DNA of 64,000 nt from an uncultured Ectothiorhodospiraceae bacterium (lineage in GTDB: Bacteria; Pseudomonadota; Gammaproteobacteria; XJ16; Halofilaceae), in assembly GCA_964626335.1 (NCBI GenBank), contig CAZVFN010000001.1, positions 11,482 through 75,481 on the forward strand. Direction: 5' to 3'. A model generated the notes under the pieces. It searched no databases, was not told the DNA's origin, and worked only from the letters and a program-made list of their open reading frames with translations. Positions 54,096 to 64,000 of the stretch are shown here, piece after piece. Position numbers and translations under genes: made by a program. Numbering within the stretch: position 1 is the first letter of the stretch; each line of letters begins with the position of its first letter.

Positions 54096-55807
54096 CGTGG
54101 TTCGTGCTCGTCGCCGCGATCATGCTCGTGGTCGCCGTCGCCACGGTCGTCCCCTGGATCCTGCGGCGATCCCTGCGGGCGCGGCGCGTCGCCGGCCACG
54201 ATCTGCGGCGCGTGTACCGCGAACGCCTGGCCGAGCTGGAGGCGGAGCGCGAGCGCGGCAACCTGTCCGAGACGGGCTTCAGCGAGGCCCGCGAGGAGCT
54301 CGAGCGCGAGGTGCTCGAGGACGCCGACCGGGCGGGCGAGGCGAGCGCGGTCGCGACCGCCGGACCCGCGCGGGCAACCGGTGCGGTCATCGCGGTCCTC
54401 GTGCCCGTGGTCACCGTGGCGGTGTACACGGCGACCGGGCGGCCGGACCTTGTCGGCAGCGGCAGCACGGACCGGCTTTCCAGCCAGGCCGCGCAGCGCT
54501 ACGCCGGCATGGAGCCCGGCCAGCGCATCCCGGCGCTCGAGGACTACGTCGACAAGCGCCCGCAGGCGCCGCGGGCCTGGCGCCTGCTGGGCGAGGCCTA
54601 CCTCGCCCAGCAGGAGTTCGGCGACGCCTACAGCGCGCTGCAGCGCGCGCGCAGGGAGGGGCGCGGCGAGGATGCGGGATTGATCGCGCGCCAGGCGGAG
54701 GCGCTGCTGATGGCCAATGACCGGCGCTTCACGCGCGGCGTGCGGCGACTCGTCGACAAGGCGCTGGACGTCGATGCACGCCAGCCGCTGGCCCTGCTGC
54801 TGGCCGGGCACGCCGACATGGCCGCGGGGCAAACGCAACAGGCCGTGGACCACTGGCGCGCGCTGGCGGACGCGATGCCCGAAGGCGACAGCAACCGCCG
54901 TGCGGTGGAGCAGATGATCGCGCGCGCGCAGAACGGGACCGCGGCCGCCGCGTCCGGGAACGGCGGACAGAACAGCGCCGAGGCAGCGACGGACGCGGGC
55001 GGGGCCCGCGTGGCCGCCCGCGTGCGCCTCGGCGATGGACTCGCCGGGGACGCCCCCGCCGACGCCCCCGTATTCGTCTTCGCCCGGCCGGCCGGCGCCG
55101 ACGGCGGACCACCGGTGGCCGTGATGCGCACGCGCGTGGACGCACTGCCCGCCGAGATCACGCTGACCGACGAACAGGCCATGGTCGACGGGCGTAACCT
55201 GTCCCAGGCCGGCCGCGTCGTGGTGACCGCCCGGGTTGCGAGCAGCGGCGACGTGCGCCCCCAGCCGGGCGACCTCGAGGGCAGCAGCGCCCCCGTGGCC
55301 GTCGGTGCCGATGCGCGCACCCGGGTGGTGATCGATCGCGTCATCGGTGATGGCGCCGCGGACGGCAGCAGCGCCGCCCCGAGTGCCGGGGCCGAGGCCG
55401 ATGCCGGCGACGGCAGCGCGGCCGAGGCCGCCCAGGCCGGCAGCGACACCGGCGCCGCGGGCGTGAGCGTGCAGGTCAGGCTCGCGAGCGGGCTGCGCGA
55501 GTCGGCGTCCGCCGACACCCCCGTTTTCGTCTTCGCCCGCGCCGCCGGCGACGGCGGCGGTGGCCCGCCGCTGGCGGTGGCTCGCTCGCGCGTCGGCGCC
55601 CTGCCCGCCCGCATCACGCTCACGGACGACGACGCCATGACATCCGCGCGCAAGCTCTCGCAGGCGGCGCGCGTACGAATCGTGGCCCGGGCCTCGCTGT
55701 CCGGCGGGGTCAGGCCGCAGAGCGGCGACCTGCAGGGCGAGAGCGGCGCCGTGGCCGTCGGGCCCGACGCCAACGCGGCGGTCACGATCGACCAACGCAT
55801 ACCCTGA
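54092..55807 (+). CDS. ccmI: CcmI/CycH (TPR apocytochrome chaperone) carrying two tandem copies of the C-terminal domain
   Basis: N-terminal TM plus YRERLAELEAERERG, then TPR-like AWRLLGEAYLAQQEFGDA. Two paralogous ~115-aa modules follow (VFVFARPAG...LPAEITLTDEQAM... and VFVFARAAG...LPARITLTDDDAM...). Confidence 0.8.
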   Translation: MTWFVLVAAIMLVVAVATVVPWILRRSLRARRVAGHDLRRVYRERLAELEAERERGNLSETGFSEAREELEREVLEDADRAGEASAVATAGPARATGAVIAVLVPVVTVAVYTATGRPDLVGSGSTDRLSSQAAQRYAGMEPGQRIPALEDYVDKRPQAPRAWRLLGEAYLAQQEFGDAYSALQRARREGRGEDAGLIARQAEALLMANDRRFTRGVRRLVDKALDVDARQPLALLLAGHADMAAGQTQQAVDHWRALADAMPEGDSNRRAVEQMIARAQNGTAAAASGNGGQNSAEAATDAGGARVAARVRLGDGLAGDAPADAPVFVFARPAGADGGPPVAVMRTRVDALPAEITLTDEQAMVDGRNLSQAGRVVVTARVASSGDVRPQPGDLEGSSAPVAVGADARTRVVIDRVIGDGAADGSSAAPSAGAEADAGDGSAAEAAQAGSDTGAAGVSVQVRLASGLRESASADTPVFVFARAAGDGGGGPPLAVARSRVGALPARITLTDDDAMTSARKLSQAARVRIVARASLSGGVRPQSGDLQGESGAVAVGPDANAAVTIDQRIP

Positions 55808-55868
55808 GCGGCGCGATCCGGTCGGCGCGCACGCCCCGACCGAGCCGACCGCGCAGCCCGCGTCGACC

Positions 55869-56024
55869 GCGAGCGGGCTCGCCCCCACAGGAATCCCGTC
55901 GCCCCCGGGCGCGGCAACCGGTGGGCGCGAGCCCGCTGCCGTCGATCACGAGCCAGCCCGCTCAAGCAGGGAACCGCTCAGTCGCGGGTTGAGTAAACGG
56001 GGGGAGCGAGCTTGCTCGCGATGG
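55869..56024. repeat. Cluster of three REP-like palindromic units (GTGGG.GCGAGC..GCTCGC family)
   Basis: GCGAGCGGGCTCGCCCCCAC (55869) is inverted relative to GTGGGCGCGAGCCCGCTGC (55921). A third unit, GGGGGAGCGAGCTTGCTCGCGA, is at 55999. The same family occurs at 59712. Confidence 0.6.
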
Positions 56025-56170
56025 CCTCGGATCCGTGACGCCTGATCGACGCCGATCACCCAATCACCCATCGATCGCACTCACGCCGCGGTGCACCGCC
56101 GCCTCCCGCGCCATGCGATCGTCGTACGGCGATGGGCTCCGCCGTGCGATGCCCGCAGAATCCGACGCAG

Positions 56171-56209
56171 AAAAAAACGGCCCGGCCCCGCGCGCTGCGG
56201 GACCGGGCC
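56171..56209 (-). terminator. Rho-independent terminator downstream of the binding-protein gene
   Basis: On the minus strand: GGCCCGGTCCCGC-AGCGC-GCGGGGCCGGGCC followed by GTTTTTTT. It lies 39 nt after the stop at 56248. Confidence 0.7.
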
Positions 56210-56247
56210 GCCGCCGATCGCGTCCGCCCGCGCGGCGCGGACCGGTG

Positions 56248-57564
56248 TTACTTGCCGGGCTCGAGCACCTCGACGGTCTCGATCTTGCCGTCGCGGATCA
56301 CCCAGTGGGCGAAGGACCCGCCGACGTCGCCATTGTCGTCGAAATCGACCGCGCCGGACGCGCCGTTGTAGTCGATGTCCTCGCCGTCGGCGAGCAGCTC
56401 GCGCGCCTTGCTCCATTCACCCGGCAGGATGTCCTCGCCCGGGGGATTGGCGACGTCGCGGAGGTTGTCGCGCACGGCCTCGGGATCGTTGCTGCCGGCG
56501 GCCTCGGCGGCGAGCGCGAGCAGGTAGGTCGCGTCATAGGCCGTGTCGATGAACGGCTTGGGCGGCAATTCGCCGTACTCGCCCTCGTAGGCCGACTTGA
56601 AGTTTTTCGCCGCCGGCGTGTCCGTTTGTGCCTGCGGGGCGGTGCCGTAACTGCCATCGAGCGCGTCCGCACCGACTGCGTCGATGATCTCCGGCGCCTT
56701 CAGGCCGTCGGTGAACACGAACTGGTCGAAATGCCCGCCCTCCAGCGCCTGGCGCAGGATGGTGGTGCCGTTCTCCGGATAGCCGATCAGGACCAGGGCC
56801 TCGGCGCCACCGTCGGCCAGCTTCGACAGCTCGCCGCGATACGAGGCGCTGCCCTTCTCGTAGGCTTCGCTGGCGTAGACCGAGCCGCCGTTGGCCTCGA
56901 ACGCATCGGTGAAGCTGTTCGCCAGCCCCTCGCCGTAGTCGTTGTTGACATAGAGGATGGACACAGTGGACAGCCCGTCGTCGGCCACCACCTGCGCCAG
57001 TGCCTTGCCCTGGAAGGCATCCGAGGGCACGGTCCGGAACATGAAGTCGTTGTCATCCAGGTCGGTGATCACCGGGGACGTGGAGGCACCCGAGATCTGC
57101 GCCACCCCTTCCTTGCTGGTGACGCTCTTGGCGACCGGGATGGTCACGCCGGACGACAGCGCCCCGACGATGCCGGAAACCCCCTGGATCGAGACGAGCT
57201 TCTTGGCCGCATCCGTACCCGCCTGCGGCTTGGTCTGGGTGTCGCCGACCTCGACGACCAGATCCTGGCCGAGCACGCCGCCGGCGCCATTGATTTCCTT
57301 GGCCGCGAGCTCGATGCCGTTGCCCGAGCTCTGGCCGTAGGCCTGCAGGTCGCCGGTCATCGGCAGGAGCGCGCCGAGCTTCACGGGGCCGCTGCCGCCG
57401 GAGCCGCTGTCCGCGGCCTGCTCCTCGGCGCCATCGCCGGCGTTGCCCTCGGCCTCGCTGGCCGACTCCTCGGACGAGCATCCAGCGAGCACGAGCGCGG
57501 CGGCCGCGGCCAGCGCCAGACCGCGCCAGCCGGCAAGCGCGTCGGTACGGATACGAGCTGCCAT
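56248..57564 (-). CDS. LivK-family periplasmic substrate-binding lipoprotein (orphan, no adjacent transporter genes)
   Basis: ORF 56248..57603 trimmed to ATG 57564 (GGAGGT upstream). Lipobox VLAGC. Type-I binding-protein pattern KLGALLPMTGDLQAYG...IVGALSSG...YVNNDYGEG. Confidence 0.8.
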   Translation of the reverse strand: MAARIRTDALAGWRGLALAAAAALVLAGCSSEESASEAEGNAGDGAEEQAADSGSGGSGPVKLGALLPMTGDLQAYGQSSGNGIELAAKEINGAGGVLGQDLVVEVGDTQTKPQAGTDAAKKLVSIQGVSGIVGALSSGVTIPVAKSVTSKEGVAQISGASTSPVITDLDDNDFMFRTVPSDAFQGKALAQVVADDGLSTVSILYVNNDYGEGLANSFTDAFEANGGSVYASEAYEKGSASYRGELSKLADGGAEALVLIGYPENGTTILRQALEGGHFDQFVFTDGLKAPEIIDAVGADALDGSYGTAPQAQTDTPAAKNFKSAYEGEYGELPPKPFIDTAYDATYLLALAAEAAGSNDPEAVRDNLRDVANPPGEDILPGEWSKARELLADGEDIDYNGASGAVDFDDNGDVGGSFAHWVIRDGKIETVEVLEPGK

Positions 57565-57751
57565 GGTGTTACCTCCGTCGAGTTGTTCTTGCAGGCCGCT
57601 CATTCTTGGCGGAGCGATACCGGGGTGTCAACGTAACTCCCCGTCAGAGCCGTGCGGTGAAAGGGTCCCGGGGGGGGCTTTGCCTCGGCGCAAAACCGTA
57701 CTAGACTGGTACCCAATTAGACGGGGTCTAAGACCGAGTCCAGGGAGTGCG

Positions 57752-58219
57752 ATGCTCAGGATCAGCAAACTGACCGATTACGCCACCGTCGTGCTGGCCG
57801 CCATGGCACGCGAACCGGAGCGGGTGCACACGGCGGCGGACCTGTCGGGCCGGACCGGTGTCGCGCACCCGACGGTGAGCAAGCTGCTCAAGCAGTTCGC
57901 GCGTGCCGGCATGCTCACCTCGTACCGCGGGGCGCACGGCGGCTATCTGCTGGCCGAGGCACCCGAAAGCGTCTCGGCCGCGCGGATCATCGACCTGGTC
58001 GAGGGACCGGTCGCGGTCACCGAGTGCAGCCGCGGCGACCACCAGTGCGAATTGGAAGGCATGTGCGGCGTGGGCCATCACTGGCAGCGCATCAATCGGG
58101 CGATCCGGGCCGCCCTCGAGGAAATCAGCCTGGCTGACCTCGCGGCGCCGACGACGGCGCCGCTGCCGCGGATCGATCTGCGGCGGGCCGTTACCGGCGA
58201 GGTCGAGGTCAACCACTAG
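57752..58219 (+). CDS. Rrf2-family (IscR/SufR-like) Fe-S-sensing regulator heading the suf operon
   Basis: Start ATG 57752 ([19 protein letters not shown]), AGGGAG upstream. Three Cys in [14 protein letters not shown]. Confidence 0.8.
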   Translation: MLRISKLTDYATVVLAAMAREPERVHTAADLSGRTGVAHPTVSKLLKQFARAGMLTSYRGAHGGYLLAEAPESVSAARIIDLVEGPVAVTECSRGDHQCELEGMCGVGHHWQRINRAIRAALEEISLADLAAPTTAPLPRIDLRRAVTGEVEVNH

Positions 58220-58233
58220 CAGCGGAGTCGACC

Positions 58234-59685
<1,452 letters not shown>

Positions 59686-59711
59686 AGTCCGGCACCACGC
59701 GCGAATACGGC

Positions 59712-59783
59712 ACTGTGGGAGCGAGCTTGCTCGGGATCGAGCGTCGCGGGCGCATCATTCGCCGGCTGGCTCGCTCCCACGGG
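59712..59783. repeat. Inverted pair of REP-like units between sufB and sufC
   Basis: CTGTGGGAGCGAGCTTGCTCGGG ... GGCTGGCTCGCTCCCACGGG. The 12-nt arms GTGGGAGCGAGC and GCTCGCTCCCAC can form a long hairpin. Confidence 0.6.
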
Positions 59784-59839
59784 AGAAATCGAACCATGGG
59801 GACGATATCCCCGACCGGATCCCAGAGGTAACCTTTTCC

Positions 59840-60610
59840 ATGACCGAACCGATGCTGAAGATCCGCAATCTGCACGCGAAGGCCGAGGATGCCGACATCC
59901 TTCGCGGGCTCGACCTCGACGTCAACGCGGGCGAGGTCCACGCGATCATGGGGCCGAACGGCTCCGGCAAGTCGACGCTGGCCCACATCCTCGCCGGCCG
60001 CGACGATTACGAGGTGACCGACGGCTCGGTGATCTATAAGGGCCAGGACCTGCTGGAAATGGAGCCCGAGGCGCGCGCGCACGAGGGCGTCTTCCTGGCA
60101 TTCCAGTATCCGGTCGAGATCCCGGGCGTGAACAACATCTACCTGCTCAAGTCGGCGGTCAACGCCAAGCGCAAGTACCAGGGCCAGGAGGAGATCGACT
60201 CGGTCGATTTCCTGACCGACGTCAAGGAGAAGATGAAGGTCATGGGCATGGACGAGAGCTTCCTCAAGCGCTCGGTCAACGAGGGCTTCTCGGGCGGAGA
60301 GAAGAAGCGCAACGAGGTGTTCCAGATGATGGTGCTGGAACCCGAGCTGTGCGTCATGGACGAGACCGACTCGGGGCTGGACATCGACGCGCTCAAGATC
60401 GTCGCCGAGGGGGTGGAGCGCATGCGCAGCCCCGACCGCGCGATCGTGCTGGTCACTCACTACCAGCGCCTGCTGAACCACATCGAGCCCGACCGGGTGC
60501 ACGTGCTCGCCGGCGGCCGGGTCATCAAGTCCGGCGACAAGGGCCTGGCCTACGAGCTCGAGGAGCACGGCTACGACTGGGTCCGCAAGGAGGAGGCAGC
60601 GAGCGCATGA
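59840..60610 (+). CDS. sufC: Fe-S cluster assembly ATPase SufC
   Basis: GPNGSGKSTL, FSGGEKKRNEV, CVMDETDSGLD. Confidence 0.93.
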   Translation: MTEPMLKIRNLHAKAEDADILRGLDLDVNAGEVHAIMGPNGSGKSTLAHILAGRDDYEVTDGSVIYKGQDLLEMEPEARAHEGVFLAFQYPVEIPGVNNIYLLKSAVNAKRKYQGQEEIDSVDFLTDVKEKMKVMGMDESFLKRSVNEGFSGGEKKRNEVFQMMVLEPELCVMDETDSGLDIDALKIVAEGVERMRSPDRAIVLVTHYQRLLNHIEPDRVHVLAGGRVIKSGDKGLAYELEEHGYDWVRKEEAASA

Positions 60611-61937
60611 AGGCCATCGACGACACCACGAGCCGCCTGCTCGAGCGCTTGCAGGGCGAGCGCCCCGGCGACGCGCACGCAGGCGTCGCCGCACTGCGGC
60701 GCCAGGGCGTCGAGCGCTTCGCCGCGCTCGGGCTGCCGCACCAGCGCATCGAGGACTGGAAGTACACGAGCACCAAGGCGATCGCCAAGCGCGACTTCGC
60801 GCGCCCGGACGCCGCCGGCGCGACGGCTGACCCCGGGCAGATCGAGGCGCTGCGCATCCCGGGCCTGGACGCCCACCGGCTGGTGTTCATCAATGGTCAC
60901 TACGCGGCCGCGCTCTCGGACGGCGATCCGGGCGATGCCGGGGTCCGCCTGCGCAGCCTGGCCGAGGTCCTCGCCGAGGACCCGGATGCGCTGATGGATC
61001 GGCTCGCCGCGGCCGCGCCGACCGATTTCAGCGGCTTCACCGCGCTGAACACGGCGTTCGCGGATGACGGCGCCATGGTCGAGATCGCAGCGGATCACCG
61101 CGCGCGACGGCCCATCGAGCTATTGTTCGTCTCGACCGCTCAGGAGCAGCCGATCGCCGCCCACCCGCGCATCCTGGTCGATGCCGGCCACCATGCCGAG
61201 GCGACGCTCGTGGAGCACTACGTGGGCCTGGACAATGCACAGAACCTGACCAACGCGGTCACGGAGGCCCGCCTCGAAACGGGCGCGCGCCTCGCTCATT
61301 ACCGCGTCCAGCGCGAGAGCCGCAAGGGCTTCCACATCGGCAGCCTGCACGTGAACCAGGCCGCGGACAGCCGCCTCGAGCAGCACAACGTGCTGATCGG
61401 CGCGTCCCTGTGCCGCACCGACATCAATACGGCGCTGAACGCGGAGGGGGCCGAGACCCTCTACAACGGGCTCTATCTGGCCAACGCGCGTCAGCACGTG
61501 GATACCCACACGCGGATCAACCACAACGAGCCCAACACGAGCAGCGAGGAGGCCTATCGCGGCGTCCTCGACGGCTACGCGCGCGGCGTCTTCAACGGGC
61601 GGGTCTACGTGGCGCCGCACGCGCAGAAGACCGCCGCCTACCAGTCGAACGACAACCTGCTGCTCTCCGGCAAGGCGGAGATCGATACGAAGCCGGAGCT
61701 CGAGATCTACGCCGACGACGTCGTCTGCACCCACGGGGCCACGGTCGGCCAGCTCGACACGCGGGCGCTGTTCTACCTGCGCTCGCGGGGCGTGGACCAC
61801 GAGACCGCCCGCGGGCTGCTGCTGTACGCCTTCGCCGAGGCGGCGATCGAGCGCATGTCGATCGAGCCGCTGCGCGAGTGGCTCCAGGGCTTCGTCATCG
61901 ACGAACTCCCCCATGCCGACAAGATCCAGGAGTTCGT

Positions 61938-61941
<4 letters not shown>
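60607..61941 (+). CDS. sufD: Fe-S cluster assembly protein SufD
   Basis: Start ATG 60607, overlapping the sufC TGA. EDWKYTS N-terminal motif. C-terminal beta-helix region EIYADDVVCTHGATVGQLD. Confidence 0.9.
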
Positions 61942-63191
<1,250 letters not shown>

Positions 63192-63204
63192 GGGAGTCGC
63201 GACC

Positions 63205-63753
63205 ATGATGCAGGACTACGAACCGATTACGCTGTCGCGCGGTGTCCAGGCGATCCGCGTGCCCTCGGGCGATCGGATCATCCTGCCCAAGGGCATGCAG
63301 GTCATGATCACGCAGGCGCTCGGCGGCAGCTTCACCGTCAACATCGGCGGCAACCTCGCCCGTGTCGCCAACGAGGACGCCGACGCCCTCGGCCAGGATC
63401 CGATGCAGGGGCCGGACGTCCCGGAGAACCCGAGCGACCGGGACATCGAGGCGGCGGTCTACCGCCAGCTCGAGACCTGCTTCGACCCGGAGATCCCGAT
63501 CAACATCGTCGATCTCGGCCTCGTCTACGATTGCGACGTGCACCGCGCCACCGATTCGACCTGGCACGTCGGTATCCGCATGACGCTGACCGCGCCCGGC
63601 TGCGGCATGGGTGACGTCATCGCCGACGACGTGCGCTACAGCGTCGAATTGATCCCCGGCGTGGAGCAGTGCGACGTCGAGCTGGTCTTCGAGCCGCAGT
63701 GGGGCCCGGAGATGATGTCCGAGGCCGCCCGGCTGCAGACGGGCATGATGTGA
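63205..63753 (+). CDS. sufT: SufT-like (DUF59/MIP18-family) Fe-S assembly protein
   Basis: C-terminal DUF59 pattern CFDPEIPINIVDLGLVY...TLTAPGCGMG. Position after sufS. Confidence 0.75.
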   Translation: MMQDYEPITLSRGVQAIRVPSGDRIILPKGMQVMITQALGGSFTVNIGGNLARVANEDADALGQDPMQGPDVPENPSDRDIEAAVYRQLETCFDPEIPINIVDLGLVYDCDVHRATDSTWHVGIRMTLTAPGCGMGDVIADDVRYSVELIPGVEQCDVELVFEPQWGPEMMSEAARLQTGMM

Positions 63754-63884
63754 CCGCGCCGGTACGCGCATGAACCGCCCCGACCATGGGTAGACGCCGC
63801 ACCTTCGCCGGACGGCGTCCCGTGGACCTCGGGCATCGGCGCGCGGCGCGCGCGCCGCGACCCCGGAACACCAGGAGCGAGCCC

Positions 63885-64000
63885 ATGACGGACTGGACCG
63901 ACGTCGCCAGGAAGGACGAGCTGCTGCCCGGCGAGTACCGGGTGGTCGATGTCGACGACGTCGACATCGTCGTGTTCAACATCGACGGCGAGTACTACGC
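63885..64000 (+). CDS. Rieske-type [2Fe-2S] ferredoxin-like protein, first 38 codons only (runs off the right edge)
   Basis: AGGAG 8 nt before ATG 63885. MTDWTDVARKDELLPGEYRVVDVDDVDIVVFNIDGEYY is a typical N-terminal strand pattern for small Rieske proteins. The cluster motifs would lie beyond the window. Confidence 0.5.
   Translation, partial: MTDWTDVARKDELLPGEYRVVDVDDVDIVVFNIDGEYY

Noticed and set aside
57690-57745. Possible Rrf2/IscR operator upstream of the suf regulator gene (repeated TAGAC / AGAC..GTC motifs)
   Set aside because: I could not fit the sequence convincingly to either IscR site type by eye. It needs a matrix scan or footprinting.

Overview
This is a high-G+C (by eye about two-thirds or more) proteobacterial chromosomal segment. 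It is almost entirely coding and is dominated by anaerobic/lithotrophic respiration and metal-cofactor biogenesis.

Gene content, left to right:
- The 5' part of an NAD-linked formate dehydrogenase: fdsA (partial, missing from the ORF track) and fdsB as a NuoE-NuoF fusion.
- A LivGFHM-type ABC importer with no binding protein.
- A seven-gene cluster at 7.2-21.9 kb: a divergent pentahaem cytochrome; a FAD-oxidoreductase/2x cNMP/poly-ferredoxin fusion; a 5-TM protein with two H-x13-H helices; an FHA-TM-decahaem cytochrome; a tandem GlcG-like lipoprotein; an outer-membrane beta-barrel; and a decahaem cytochrome fused to an LVIVD beta-propeller.
- Two nested MITE-like elements, then ccmAB.
- A block of about 26 kb between ccmB and ccmC. 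It holds an Isp-type [NiFe] hydrogenase (hynD, a HupH-like gene, hynS, isp1, isp2, hynL and a small His-rich ORF), divergent hypABCD-hypX-hypFE, an SDR-like gene, another MITE, a cNMP-binding protein, an FNR-type regulator, mtrCAB, a dihaem cytochrome c and a CymA/NapC tetrahaem protein.
- ccmCDEFGHI, REP-like repeats and an orphan LivK-type binding protein.
- An Rrf2 regulator, sufBCDS-sufT and the start of a Rieske protein.

I count 51 haem-c attachment motifs in seven proteins, all flanking or lying inside the split ccm locus.

The best candidate for an undescribed system is the 7.2-21.9 kb cluster. It reads like a trans-envelope redox conduit with signalling domains attached, and it is distinct from the canonical Mtr conduit in the same window.

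Three FNR-type boxes (TTGAY-N4-ATCAA) sit in the two divergent promoter regions, hyn/hyp and mtrC/cytochrome c.

I saw no CRISPR array, tRNA, rRNA, integrase or transposase gene.

Limits: all family calls come from motif recognition by eye, with no database search. Start codons are best guesses.
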